Shown here one piece after another: positions 41,201 to 51,985 of a stretch of 64,000 bases of DNA (position 1 is its first letter; each line of letters starts with the position of its first letter). The position numbers and the translations under genes were made by a program. The stretch is taken from NCBI GenBank assembly GCA_963785725.1, contig CAWAWS010000020.1, positions 256,001-320,000 of the forward strand. The letters are read 5' to 3'. The notes under the pieces were generated by a model. The model was not told where the DNA came from. It saw only the letters and a program-made list of their open reading frames with translations, and made no database searches. Source of the stretch: an uncultured delta proteobacterium (lineage in GTDB: Bacteria > Myxococcota_A > Polyangia > Palsa-1104).

Positions 41201-41660
41201 TTACTGGTCGGACTTGAACGGCTCGCCGTCGACGCCACCGACATCCATCCCATCGTAGTCCAGGCCTTGTTCCGCGGCGAAACCATAGAATTGGTGATTG
41301 CGCGCGTCGAGCGAATCGACGCTGTGCCGCTCAGCGCGTTCGATGTGTAAAGAGTAAAGCGGCGGCGTTCCTGGCTTGGCGTCGGCCGGATAGATCTCGA
41401 CCACTCGATAGCCCTGTGCTGCCAATAATGGCGCGGCGACCTGCAGCTTGCTGCTCGTCGTGACCGGTGAAGTAATAGCCCCACAACAGAGGCTGGCTCG
41501 GGTCGATCCCATCAGCGGTCATGCGGGCGAAGAGGGTAACGACACTAGTGCGATTGATCACAGGCTTGCTCCGCGACGCCGTGGCAACTTCATATTCCCT
41601 ACTCCCCGCAGGCTGTTTTTTGGAGCAGGCCGCGAGCAAGCCAACCGCGGACGCCGTCGC
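41201..41660 (-). pseudogene. RraB-like-domain lipoprotein, frameshifted near 41450, start unclear
   Basis: LLAAC lipobox, IDPSQPLLWGYYF, then shifted GYRVVEI...HSVDSLDARNHQF...YDGMDVG. Confidence 0.6.
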
Positions 41661-41776
41661 ACCGTCGAGGAGTCTGCCGCCGCTCGATGTTCAGCCCCGG
41701 GCATCGGGGAGGAACTCTACCGCTCCGCCGCGCCCGAGGCTACACCGCGGAGTCATAGGCGATCGATGGGTCTCCG

Positions 41777-42096
41777 CCCGCCTGCGCCAGCTGCGGCGAC
41801 GCCGCGATCGAGTGCCGCGCGTGCGGAGGATCGGCATCGGGGCACGCGCTCATGTCGACGGGTGTCGTGGCCACTACTGGGCGGCGAAGGTCGCGCGCGC
41901 AGTCGGCACCGTGCGAGATTGGCCAGCGTTCGAAGGCAAGGCGCGTCTGGTCGCGCTGCGATGGGTCGACGATCTAGGCGGCGACCCGGCGACGAAGGAG
42001 CGGCGCGCGCTGTGGTGCTGGCGATGGGCTCAATTCGAGTGGGAGCGGTTGCGCGATCCGAACGCACCGATCGACTACACGAAGTGGCCGCGCTGA
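41777..42096 (+). repeat. Dispersed repeat A, copy 2 (longer; CxxC-CxxC small ORF with frameshift)
   Basis: PACASCGDAAIECRAC then RAHVDGCRGHYWAAKVARAV...WPAFEGKARLVALRWVDDL...; homologous to 31081-31221. Confidence 0.7.
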
Positions 42097-42327
42097 CGCG
42101 AGCGGCGCGACTACTTACCGTTTTCCGATCATCTCGGCGAAGATGATCCCCATGCGGTAGCCGATGTTGCCGAGCGTGTTGATGGGGCTGTCGACGACGA
42201 GCGCGTTACCGTCGACCTTCATCCGCTGGTGCACGCGCTGCACGATTATCTCCTGAATCAACATGCTGAGGTCAGCAGACTCGGACGCAGGTGGACTCTT
42301 CGAGAGAACAACCTATCGTCGTCCGTC

Positions 42328-42960
42328 ATGGACGGGACGATGCAATCGGTCCGCGCTCACCTGCGCGGCGGCCCCGAGGTTCTCATGGTGGAGCGCGCAC
42401 CGCGACCGGTTGCCGCGCCCTGCGAAGCGCTGGTCCAAGTGGAGGCGGCCGCCATCACGCCGACTGAGCTGAGCTGGGACGAAACGTGGGTCGACGCCTC
42501 AGGTCGGCCGCGAACGCCGACCATTCCATCGCACGAGGTGGCCGGCCACGTTTATTGCGATCGGCCAGGGCGTCGGCGATCTCTCGGTCGGCGAGTCGGT
42601 GTTCGGCGTCGTCGACTTCGACCGCAATGGCGCGGCTGCCGAGTTCGTCAGCGTGCCGGCGCGCGCGCTGGCGCCGGCCCCGCGAACCGTTGACGCACTG
42701 ACAGCCGCCGCCGTTCCGCTGGCGGGGCTGAGCGCCTGGCAGGCTCTGTTCAAGCACGGTGGGTTGCGCGCGGGGCAACGCGTTCTCGTCCACGGCGACG
42801 CCGGGGGCGTTGGCATGTTCGTCGTACAGTTGGCGCATGATGCTGGCGCCCACGTCTCAACAACGGTTCGCGCCCGCGATGCGGAATTCGTTCGCCACCT
42901 CGGAGCCGACGACGTGCTCGATCGCGACGCCGTTCGTTTTGATGAGGTATTCGCGTCGAG
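42328..42960 (+). pseudogene. NADPH:quinone oxidoreductase (MDR family) remnant
   Basis: GGPEVL, PTIPSHEVAG, AAAVPLAGLSAWQALF, GQRVLVHG.AGGVG; frameshift near 42555 and 3' truncation. Confidence 0.85.
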
Positions 42961-43019
42961 CCAGTTGACGATGGCCTCGCGAACGATATCGGTCGCGTCC
43001 ATGCGGGGCCGCGGCGATT

Positions 43020-43200
43020 CGAGCCGAATCCTGTGTCGCACCGATTCGTGTCGCAGTTGCTAACGGATTGGCACGTCGCCCCGAGGGCAGATGGGGCCGA
43101 GCATTTACCGGAGACACAATTGCCGCTTTGGCACTGACTGTTGTCGTTGCAAAAGGACGATGCCGAAAGTGTTCCATTTTGGAAATTGCCGGGGTGGCAA
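43020..43200 (-). pseudogene. Fragment of a Cys-rich secreted-protein gene
   Basis: FCNDNSQCQSGNCVSGKCSAPSALGATCQSVSNCDTNRCD without credible start or end; lower GC. Confidence 0.5.
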
Positions 43201-43425
43201 ACGCGCATCTGCCGTCTATTTCGTTTGCGATAGTGCCGCCGTGCCCACGCAGCGTGCACACCGGTCGAGTCTCAGCGCGTCGCAAAAATGCACAGTGATC
43301 TGCGCGTGGGGAACCCAGAACTTGAACTGCGCCCAGCGTATCCTATCGGTTAATCACGTGCTCAAAAAATGGAGGACATGACACGCCGGAGACTCCGTGC
43401 AGGGCGATCGCTGGCCTTCCTAAAA

Positions 43426-43656
43426 TTACTGAACCGGCCAATGGCTCGTTCCCCAACGTGGCGGTGCCTCGTTCCCTTCCGGCGTCGTGCCGGGCGGCGT
43501 GGGATGCCGACGCGCGGACATGCCGCGCATGCGCAAATAGCGCCGAATCGTCGCGAACTGGCTCATCAACAGTACGCCTGCGCCGGCCAGCGCGAGGGCG
43601 CCGGCCATCGTGGCGGCGCGGGTGGCGAGGCTCTGCTTTCGGTTCCAACGTCTCAT
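43426..43656 (-). CDS. Small single-TM protein of group 1h hydrogenase clusters (DUF6893-like)
   Basis: TM helix followed by IRRYLRMRGM; ATGA overlap with the protease gene. Confidence 0.65.
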   Translation of the reverse strand: MRRWNRKQSLATRAATMAGALALAGAGVLLMSQFATIRRYLRMRGMSARRHPTPPGTTPEGNEAPPRWGTSHWPVQ

Positions 43657-44141
43657 TGCGGACCTCCTGCGGCGATCGACGCGCCAGCGTCCAGCAGCGT
43701 CATGACCAACGCGACGGCCGGGTCGACCGCGCGCTCCAGCTTTTCGCTCAGCCCCATCTGCTCGCGAAGCTCGGCCGCCTCACAGCCCACGACCAGCAAA
43801 CGTGCCGGCGTCGGCCCCAGCGTGCGCGTCAGAGCGAAGACAGCGCCGAGGTCGATGCCGTGCGCATCGGCGACCGGCTGCGGTGCCAAGGCGGCGAGCT
43901 CGGGATCGATGACGTACAGTGTTCCGGCAGCGCCGCCGCGGGCGACGGCATCGATGATGATCGCCGTCTCGTAGTCGCCCGACGTCAGCTCGTAGGCGAG
44001 GTGAACGCCGCGAATTCCGAAGTCGACGACCGCGACGCCGTCGCGCCGCAACTTGGCCTCGAGGCGGCGGGCCACCTCGCAACCGAAGCCGTCGTCGCCG
44101 AAGAAGATGTTGCCGACGCCGGCGATGAGCGTGCGCGTCAT
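43653..44141 (-). CDS. Hydrogenase maturation protease
   Basis: LIAGVGNIFFGDDGFG, DFGIRGVHLAY, IIDAV, DAHGID, VVGCE. Confidence 0.92.
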   Translation of the reverse strand: MTRTLIAGVGNIFFGDDGFGCEVARRLEAKLRRDGVAVVDFGIRGVHLAYELTSGDYETAIIIDAVARGGAAGTLYVIDPELAALAPQPVADAHGIDLGAVFALTRTLGPTPARLLVVGCEAAELREQMGLSEKLERAVDPAVALVMTLLDAGASIAAGGPQ

Positions 44142-45397
44142 GGCGCCGGGTCCACGAGCTCGAGCTCGTCGGGGCGGAAGTGCAAGTGGCGGCCGTACCA
44201 ACGATGCAGGTCCGCCCCGGGGTCGTCTTCGAGCAGGATGGCGACGTGCGTCTGACCGTCGAAGTCTTCGCGAATCTCTTCGACGACGCCGATGCGACCC
44301 TCGAGGAACATGTCCTGCGCGTCGGTACGCCGCGGACCTTGCGGAACGCCGAGGCGCACGCGCACGCGGCTGCCACGGTCGAAGGCGCCGCTGCGGTGGC
44401 CCTTGCCATGAAGCGCCAAGAGCGCGGCGTCGGACAGCTTCTCGGCCCGATCGATGACCTCGGCGGCACGCCGGTCGGTGGCGCGTGCCTCGCGCTTCTC
44501 GTCGTCGGTGAGGCTGCGTGTGGAGAGCGCCAAGAGCTCGTCAATCTCGGTGCCGTCGAAGGTGTTGCCCGGGCTCTCTTCGGCAATCTGCGGATGGTCG
44601 TAGAGCACGATCGGCGATGCCAGAAGCAACGATCGCGAGCCAGGCGCTCCTGCCAGCACCGGGAAGAGGCCGACGTTGTGACAGCCCTCGGCCGCCACAC
44701 GCGTCCCGGCCGACGGATCGAGCAGCGATACGAAGGCGCCGTCCGTGACCGACAAGAGGATGTGCGCGCCGACGAGCGACGAGGTAACGGCTTCTTCGCG
44801 AGCAGCCGTCAGATCGGCTAGCGATGTGACGTTCTCGATGTCGAGCGTGAGCTTGACGAGGCCGTTGGCGACCACCATGGCCGATGCCGTAAGCGAGATG
44901 GCCAGCGGCTCCAGTCGGCGCACGACGCGCCCGACGATCGCGTCGCCACTGCGCAGGTCGGCGACCTGATGGCTGCCGCCCAAATTGGCGTCGACGAGCA
45001 CCGTGGGCGTGAGCGGCATCGCGACGCCGAACGGCAGCTCCCGTTCGACGCCTTCTTCCCAAGTGATGTGCGGCTCGCCGTCGACGGTGAGCGACTCGAC
45101 GGCCGTAAAGCCGCCATCGGCTTGGCGCGCTTCGATCGTCCGGCGCTCGACATGTAGGAAGCGCAGGCAGCCCTCGACTCGTGGCCCATCGCCGGCGCTG
45201 TCGGCGCGCGTCTCCACCAGACACTCGAGTCGGGCCGCTGCCGGCTCGCAACCGCCAGCCTCGCTCCAGGCGCGTGGCGCGAGGACACCGAACGTCCAGC
45301 GATAGCGGTTCTTGCGCGACGAGGCGCGGTACGGATAAAGGACGTAGCCTTCGTACAAAATGGCGTCGGCGATTCGTCGCGCGCGCTCGAAGCTCAT
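44138..45397 (-). CDS. Conserved group 1h hydrogenase accessory protein with SH3-like C-terminus
   Basis: IADAILYEGYVLYPYRAS.KN..RW.FGVL, SPIVLYDHP, FDGTEIDE, TDDEKREARATD, TDAQDMFL. Confidence 0.82.
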   Translation of the reverse strand: MSFERARRIADAILYEGYVLYPYRASSRKNRYRWTFGVLAPRAWSEAGGCEPAAARLECLVETRADSAGDGPRVEGCLRFLHVERRTIEARQADGGFTAVESLTVDGEPHITWEEGVERELPFGVAMPLTPTVLVDANLGGSHQVADLRSGDAIVGRVVRRLEPLAISLTASAMVVANGLVKLTLDIENVTSLADLTAAREEAVTSSLVGAHILLSVTDGAFVSLLDPSAGTRVAAEGCHNVGLFPVLAGAPGSRSLLLASPIVLYDHPQIAEESPGNTFDGTEIDELLALSTRSLTDDEKREARATDRRAAEVIDRAEKLSDAALLALHGKGHRSGAFDRGSRVRVRLGVPQGPRRTDAQDMFLEGRIGVVEEIREDFDGQTHVAILLEDDPGADLHRWYGRHLHFRPDELELVDPAP

Positions 45398-46026
45398 CGG
45401 TCGGCCGCCGCCAGCAGCTTCTCCATGACGCCATCCCAGCTCGGCAGCGCGTGCCGGCCCTTGAACGCCAAGAGATCGCCCAGCGTCTGCTTCCGCAAGC
45501 GCAGCCACCCGGCGTCGGGGAAGTGGCTGTCGATGGCGGCGCGCCACAGCGCCACCGGCAATCGCCACGTCGCCTCACGATCCCAAGGCAGCGGGGTCAT
45601 CTGCAAGCCGTCGTCTGCCCGCGTGAAGATCGTGCCGCGAAACAGCAGACGCAGCGGTATGTCGCCGCCTTGGAGACCGTGAAAATACTTGGCGGCGCTG
45701 ACATCGAGGTCGGAGCTGCAAGCCAACAGCAGCTCGACCTCGGTTCGACCGGTGAACGCGGGCACGAAGGTAGCTGTTTCGAGCCACGACATCGGCTTGA
45801 CCGTCGTCGACCAGCGTGAAGGCGCGCTGAAGAGATCGACCAATGCACGCTCTTCGTCGGCCGAGTAGTCGCGTCGCTGCGGCTCGAGACGCAGCTGACA
45901 TTGCAAAGCCAGACCTTCCAGCGCGCCATCCTGACGCTCCTCGATCGCCAGCTTCAGCGCCAGCGTCGGCTGCGCGGCGTGCGGCTCGACCCGTGCGCCA
46001 CGGACAAAGAACACGAGCTCGCTCAT
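45394..46026 (-). CDS. Hydrogenase accessory protein (DUF6084-like)
   Basis: CQLRLEPQRRDY...DLF...RW, KYFHGL..GDIPL.LLF.GTIF, PWDREA. Confidence 0.78.
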   Translation of the reverse strand: MSELVFFVRGARVEPHAAQPTLALKLAIEERQDGALEGLALQCQLRLEPQRRDYSADEERALVDLFSAPSRWSTTVKPMSWLETATFVPAFTGRTEVELLLACSSDLDVSAAKYFHGLQGGDIPLRLLFRGTIFTRADDGLQMTPLPWDREATWRLPVALWRAAIDSHFPDAGWLRLRKQTLGDLLAFKGRHALPSWDGVMEKLLAAADR

Positions 46027-46634
46027 GACATGGGCTCGCTGCGCGCGCGTACGCCGGCGAAGAAGTCGTCGATCTGCTGCCAGGCGAGCTCGCCGCCATC
46101 GAAGCCGCGCCAGCAGCGCTTGACGCGACCGACGAGCTCGTAGCAGGCCGAGACCGGAACCAAGTAGGCGTCGAAATGGCCATGACCGTCGCCGGCGATG
46201 AGCAGCGCCTCGATGTCCGGCTCGACGAGGCCGACGAGCGGCACGGCGGCGGCGAAGTCCTGCCAGGCTTCCAGCGACAGCGTCGACTCGGTGGCGCCGG
46301 CCGGCCCGGGATAGAACGCCGACCAACGCTCGTCTCGCGCGCGTGACGGAAGAAGAACGCCAGCCGCACGGGGATCTGCAGCGAAGACCAGGCGCGCTCG
46401 TCGAGCGTGAATGCCGGGTCGTGCAGCCAGCGATCGGACGCGGCGCGATAGCGCTGGCCGGGCCGCTGGAACAAGAGCGCGCAGGCGACACAGCTGCAGC
46501 GGAGGCTACGCTCGGCGGTGTCGACCAGAGTGGCGATGCTCTTGGCCGATGGCCGCGCCGCACAGCTCGCAGCGCGGTCCGCTGGCCGCGTGGCGACGGC
46601 GGACAAAGGGGGCGATTGCGTGCAGCGAGATCAC
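46023..46634 (-). CDS. Hydrogenase accessory protein (DUF5947-like), frameshifted
   Basis: RCELC...H.HLVD...CSCVACALLF, IPVRLAFF, FYPGPAGATES, LVPVSACYELVG...WRGFDGG; indels near 46530 and 46325-46345. Confidence 0.75.
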
Positions 46635-47246
46635 GGCGTCTCCGGGCGGACGCGCGATCGGGCCAGATCGAGCTGCACCAGCTGCGGCGCGGGCGCGCTG
46701 CCGCCGAACTCCACGCCCTCGATGCGGATATGGGCCAGCTCAGGCGCCGCCTCCTCGATCGCGCGACGGAGCGCGTCATCGACAGCAGCGCGCGGCAAAG
46801 CGCAGCGCCAGTCGCCCCCGAGCGTGACGACGACGCCGTCGTGCATCGTCGAGCGCCAGCTCGATCGTCCCCGCCGTGTCGCCGATGAGCGTGCGCACGC
46901 GCGCGGCGGCGGCGCGGGCGCGGTCGAGCGGCGGCTCGGGATGCATGCCGTGCAGCGCCATGAGCGCGCTCACCAACTCGTCCTCACACAGCCGCGCGCG
47001 CACCGCTTGGTCGAGGCCGCCCGCTTGCTCGACGAGGAGCAGGGTACGCCCCAGCGCCGCGCCATAGAGCGACACCAGCCGCGACACCAGCTCTTCGACG
47101 CGCTGCCACGTGGCCGGACCGACCGACGCGCGCACGTCGCCGAGCAGCCGCTCGATGCGCGCCGCGTGCTCGCGCGGATCGTCTTCCGGCAGGTTCAGCT
47201 CGGTGCGTTCTTCGGTGTTTCTCGAGGAGACCGGCGCTGCGCTCAT
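46631..47246 (-). CDS. NifU-like hydrogenase accessory protein, frameshift near 46845
   Basis: EELVSRLVSLYGAALGR, DELVSALMALHGMHP, RAIEEAAPEL, LVQL; directly downstream of the large subunit. Confidence 0.7.
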
Positions 47247-49019
47247 CGCTGCTTGCCTTCGAAATGAAACGGTGAGTGGACGTGCTCGATGACGCGGCCG
47301 GCGGTGTAGATGTGCACGCCGCACGGCAGGCAAGGATCGAAGCTGCGGACCGTGCGCATGATGTCGATGCCCTTGAACTTGTCCGGCGCGTTCTCCTCGA
47401 ACAGCGGCTGTCCCTGCACCGCGTCTTCGTATGGGCCGGGGGTGCCGTAGCTATCGCGCGGGCTGGCGTTCCACGGCGTCGGCGGATAGGGATGGTAGTT
47501 GGCGATTTTGCCGCCGCGAATGACCATGTGATGCGACAGAACGCCGCGCACCGCCTCGGTGAACCCGCAGCCGACGCCGTCTTTGGGCACTTTGAACGGC
47601 TCCCACGTCTTGTCGTGACCGGCACGTAGCTCCTCGAGCGCCTTGTCGACGAAGTGCAGCGCGCAGGCCGCCGCGTAGGCCTGGAAGTACGAGCGCGCGC
47701 GATCGCGCTCGAGCGTGTTGGACCACTTTGGGATCTTCCACTCGAAGCGCGCCTCGGGCTTGGAAGCCGTGCGCGGCAAGTTGATGACGACGCTCGATCC
47801 GGTGGCCTTGATGTAGCCGATGTCGACGAGGCCCGACAGCGCCGTCGACCACAAGCGCGCGATGGGACCGCCGCCGGTGTCGAGCGCCAAGTGGTCCTTG
47901 CCGTCGTACCAGCGCGGCGACATGACCCAGCTGTATTTGTCGTCGAAGTCGCGCTTCTGCGGCCGCGGCGTGGTCGTCTGATTCCACGGGTGGCGCGCGT
48001 CGACGGGATTGCCCAGCGGGTCGTGGGTGACGAACTTCTCCTCGTTCAGCCAGTCTCGATAGTAGGAGCTTCCGAGCAGGATGCGCATACCGAGGTTGAT
48101 CTCGACCAAATCGTTGGTGACCAGCTTGCCGTCGACGACGACGCCGGGGGTGACGAACATCGCGCGTCCCCACTTGGTCATGTCGGCATACTTGAAGTTG
48201 CAGACCTCCGGATCCTGAAAGCTGCCCCAGCAGCCGAGGAGGATGCGACGCTGACCCACCTCGTGATAGCCGGGCAAGGCCTCGTAGAAGAAGTCGAAGA
48301 GATCATCATGTAGCGGCACGACGCGCTTGACGAAGTCGATGTAGCGCATGAGCCGTGTCTGGTAGTCGGTGAACAGCTGCACTGTCGCAACCGTGCCGAC
48401 GCCGCCCGGATAAAGCGTCGACGGATGGACGTGGCGCCCTTCCATCAGGCAGAACATCTCACGCGTGAGGCGGCTCATCATGCAGCGCCTCGCGGTAGAA
48501 GTCGCCCTCGATCGGGTTGACCGCCTTCATGATGTCGCCGATGGTCCGATAGCCGTGCTCGGCGGCGTGCGGCGCCTCGGTCTTCTCGGCGCGCGCCCAC
48601 ACGCCGGGATTGGTCTCCTTGACCATCTTTTCGCAGAAGTCGACGCAGACCAGGTTCTCTTGGAAGATGTTGTGGTCGAACATGTACTCGGCCGCTTCAC
48701 CGAGATTCACGATCCACTCGGCGAGATGTGGCGGCTTGACGCCGTAGGCCATGTTCTGCGCGTAACAGCTGCAAGTGGCGTGGTTGTCGCCGCAGATGCC
48801 GCAGATCCGGCTGGTGATGAAGTGCGAGTCGCGCGGATCTTTGCCTTTCATGAACACGCTGTAGCCGCGGAAGATCGAGGAGGTCGACTTGCACTCGACG
48901 ACCTTGCGCTTCTCGAAATCGATCTTGGTGTAGATGCCGAGGCTCCCGACGATGCGGGTGATCGGATCCCAGTTCATCTCCACCAGCTTGCCGGTGGACC
49001 CTTGCGACGGCATGGTCAT
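47243..49019 (-). CDS. hhyL: Group 1h [NiFe]-hydrogenase large subunit, 1-nt insertion near 48480
   Basis: WDPITRIVGSLG, L1 TSRICGICGDNH, GRHVHPSTLYPGG, EAVRGVLSHH, L2 SFDPCLPCGVH plus C-terminal tail. Confidence 0.95.
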
Positions 49020-49029
49020 GGAATCCTCC

Positions 49030-50058
49030 TCACCACGTGGGCCGATAACCGGTCGTTAGCTTGGGCCCGCGGTGGCGCCACTTAGTCTCTTTGTCGACGG
49101 TCTTGACGGTGACGGCGCGCAGCGAGCGGATGAGGGAGCCGTAGAGGCCGACCGTCTTCGAAGAAATCTTGGCGCCGGGCGGCTCATCCATGAACGGCAT
49201 GAACATGTCGGGGAAGCCGGGCATCGTGCAGCCGATGCAGATGCCGCCGACGTTGGGACAGCCGCCGATGCCGGCCATCCAGCCGCGCTTGGGAACATTG
49301 CATTTGACGACCGGGCCCCAGCAGCCGATCTTCACCAGGCATTCGACCGTGCCGTACTCCTTGGTGAACTGGCCCTGCTCGTAGAAGCCGGCGCGATCGC
49401 AGCCCTCGTGCACCGTCAAGTCGAAGAGCCAGCGCGGGCGCAGGTTCTCGTCGAGCGGAATCATCGGCGCATGGCCGGCCAGCTGGTTCAAGAGGTAGAG
49501 CAGCGTCTCCGACAAGTTGTCGGGCTGAATCGGACAGCCGGGCACGCAGACGACGGGTAATCCCGCCTTGGACTTCCAGCTCCAGCCGAGGTAGTCGGGC
49601 ACGCCCATGGCGCCGGTGGGGTTGCCCTCCATGGCGTGAATGCCGCCGTAGGTGGCGCAGGTGCCCGCGGCGACGATGGCGCTGGCGTGCGGCGCCAGCT
49701 TGTCGAGCCAATCGCTGGTCGGCATCGGCTGTCCCGTCTCAGGATTGTTGCCGAACGCCGCCCAATAGCCCTCGGTCTTGATCTGCTCGTTGGGAATCGA
49801 TCCCTCCATGACGAGCACGAAGGGATCGATCTCGCCGCGCGAGGCTTTCCAAAACCACTCGATGAACTCGTCGCCGTTCTGGTAGTCGATGAGCGGCCAG
49901 TGGAAGATGACCTTCGGCATGCCCGGCAGCACACCGAGCGCAATGTCCTCGATGCTCGGCTGCATGGCGGCGGTCAGTGCGACCGAGTCGCCGTCGCAGC
50001 TCAGACCGGCGTTGATCCACAAGACATGAACGACCGGTTGCTTGCCGTTGGTCGGCAT
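49030..50058 (-). CDS. hhyS: Group 1h [NiFe]-hydrogenase small subunit, no Tat signal
   Basis: LWINAGLSCDGDSV, GTCATYGG, VPGCP, VHEGCDRAGFY, GCWGP, CIGCTMPGFPD. Confidence 0.95.
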   Translation of the reverse strand: MPTNGKQPVVHVLWINAGLSCDGDSVALTAAMQPSIEDIALGVLPGMPKVIFHWPLIDYQNGDEFIEWFWKASRGEIDPFVLVMEGSIPNEQIKTEGYWAAFGNNPETGQPMPTSDWLDKLAPHASAIVAAGTCATYGGIHAMEGNPTGAMGVPDYLGWSWKSKAGLPVVCVPGCPIQPDNLSETLLYLLNQLAGHAPMIPLDENLRPRWLFDLTVHEGCDRAGFYEQGQFTKEYGTVECLVKIGCWGPVVKCNVPKRGWMAGIGGCPNVGGICIGCTMPGFPDMFMPFMDEPPGAKISSKTVGLYGSLIRSLRAVTVKTVDKETKWRHRGPKLTTGYRPTW

Positions 50059-50110
50059 CAGGTCCTCCGCCCCGGCAGTTGCTGGGGACTGTGGGTTTGC
50101 GCAGACGAAG

Positions 50111-50743
50111 TCACGGCGTCGACCGCCCGAGCGCCGCGACGGTCATGGTGCCGCCGAGGATCAGGCTGGTAGCGCCCACTCCGAGCTGGAGCATGCGCGT
50201 GCTCCAGCTCCAGCGGCGCGCGGCCAGCCCGAGCGGCAGCGAGACCACGAACGACGAAGCGACCATGCCCGCGATCGAGCCGGCGCCGAACAGCCCGAGG
50301 TAGACGAAGGCGGCGCCCGCCGAATGGAGTGCCGGCAGCGCGACCAGAACGACGGCGCCCGATCCCTCGAGGCCGTGCAGGCCGCCGACGATGAGCGCGC
50401 GCGTTGCTTGCGGCGCTGCGACGGACGCTGCCGCGGCGGGTTGCGTGCGCAGCGAGCGCCGCAAGACGTCGGCGCCGAGCCAGATGAGCACGCCGCCGGC
50501 CAGGAGCTCGCCGGCCAACGACCAATGACTGCCGGGCGCCCAAGCCACGCCGGCGACGACCATCAGCGTGCCGACAAAGGTCAGCGTCAGGGAGTGGCCG
50601 AGTCCCCAGGCCGCGGCGATGCGGACGAGGTCGGCGCGGCGTGATACCCGCGTCGACAACGACGTGACCGCCGCCAAATGGTCGGCCTCGAACGCATGGC
50701 GCAGCCCGAGCAGGAAGCCGAGCCATAAAACGGCCGCGAACAT
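50111..50743 (-). CDS. Nickel permease (UreH/NiCoT-related)
   Basis: GLRHAFEADHLAAV, WGLGH, GGLHGL; about 6 TM helices. Confidence 0.8.
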   Translation of the reverse strand: MFAAVLWLGFLLGLRHAFEADHLAAVTSLSTRVSRRADLVRIAAAWGLGHSLTLTFVGTLMVVAGVAWAPGSHWSLAGELLAGGVLIWLGADVLRRSLRTQPAAAASVAAPQATRALIVGGLHGLEGSGAVVLVALPALHSAGAAFVYLGLFGAGSIAGMVASSFVVSLPLGLAARRWSWSTRMLQLGVGATSLILGGTMTVAALGRSTP

Positions 50744-50744
50744 G

Positions 50745-51569
50745 TCAGCCCGCCGCTCGCGTAGCGTGGCGCCGGGCGCGCAAGAAATCGAGCCAGACAT
50801 CGCAGCCCTGACCCGAGCGCGCCGACAGCGCGACGATGCGCGCGCGCGGATTGATCCGCCGTGCATTCGCCGCGAAGCGATCGGTCGAGAAGTCGACATG
50901 TGGCAGAAGGTCGACCTTGTTCAAAAGCACGAGCTCAGCGGCGCGAAACATGTGCGGATACTTGAGCGGCTTGTCTTCTCCTTCCGTCACCGAGGCGATA
51001 ACGACGCGCGCCGCTTCACCGAGATCGAACAGCGCCGGGCAGACGAGGTTGCCGATGTTCTCGATGAAGAGCAGGCCTCCTTGCGGCTGCAGCTCGGACA
51101 GTGCGCGGCCGATCATCGCGGCGTCCAGGTGGCAGCCGGTGCCGGTGTTGATCTGCAGCGCGCGACCACCCGCGGCGCGGATGCGATCGGCGTCGGCCTG
51201 CGTCTCTTGGTCGCCTTCGATCACGGCCAGCGGCAGCTCGTTGGCCAACAGGCCCAACGTTCGCTCAAGCAACGTCGTCTTACCCGAGCCGGGCGAGCTC
51301 ATGAGGTTAGCTGCGACCACGTCGTGAGCGCGCAGCCACTGCCGATTGTGCGCCGCCAGCTGGTCATTTCGCGCCAGCACCGCCGTTTCGAAGGCGATCG
51401 TGCGGCCGCGTTCTTCCGTGCTTTCCGGCGACGGCGGCTGCGAAGGTGAATGTGAATGGACCTGCGCCGCTACACGCGCTTCAGGCCGGCGGAAGACCAG
51501 CGAACGTCGGTGCACACCCGGCGGAGCGCGGTGCTGGTGGTCTTGGCCACAACCGCAGGTTACGCACAT
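50745..51569 (-). CDS. hypB: Hydrogenase nickel-insertion GTPase HypB
   Basis: [40 protein letters not shown]. Confidence 0.95.
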   Translation of the reverse strand: MCVTCGCGQDHQHRAPPGVHRRSLVFRRPEARVAAQVHSHSPSQPPSPESTEERGRTIAFETAVLARNDQLAAHNRQWLRAHDVVAANLMSSPGSGKTTLLERTLGLLANELPLAVIEGDQETQADADRIRAAGGRALQINTGTGCHLDAAMIGRALSELQPQGGLLFIENIGNLVCPALFDLGEAARVVIASVTEGEDKPLKYPHMFRAAELVLLNKVDLLPHVDFSTDRFAANARRINPRARIVALSARSGQGCDVWLDFLRARRHATRAAG

Positions 51570-51895
51570 CAAGCCACCTCGACTTCTTTGATGTTTAGCT
51601 CCTGGCCGGCGTCGAGCTCGATGTCCACGCTGCCGCAGACGCAGAGTGGAATTGCGTCGAAAGACTGAGCGCGCGCGCACTGGCGACAGCGCCCGTGCGC
51701 GGCGACTTCGTCGATCTGCAGTTGCGCGCTTTCCACCGGCGTGTCGCGGCTGCAGGTCTCGAACGCAAAGCGCAGCGCGTCCGGCAGAACGGCCATCAAG
51801 CTGCCCACCTCGAGTCGCACGCGCACCACGCGTGCAGCGCCGAGCCGATCGCGAATGGCAGCGAGGATGCTCTCGGTGAGCGCCACTTCGTGCAT
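51569..51895 (-). CDS. hypA: Hydrogenase nickel chaperone HypA
   Basis: MHE start, CRQC...[16 protein letters not shown]. Confidence 0.93.
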   Translation of the reverse strand: MHEVALTESILAAIRDRLGAARVVRVRLEVGSLMAVLPDALRFAFETCSRDTPVESAQLQIDEVAAHGRCRQCARAQSFDAIPLCVCGSVDIELDAGQELNIKEVEVA

Positions 51896-51985
51896 GCGCC
51901 GGTTCTTAAGCCTCCCGCAGCGCTGTCAATGGCAGGCCGGCTAGTCAGGCACTCGTCCTATTGAACGGCTGGAGCACGGCGCTAG

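Noticed and set aside
48459..48481. Naturally split or programmed-frameshift hydrogenase large subunit
   Set aside because: Removing one base restores the conserved ALQMSR; no slippery sequence; same pattern as other indels.
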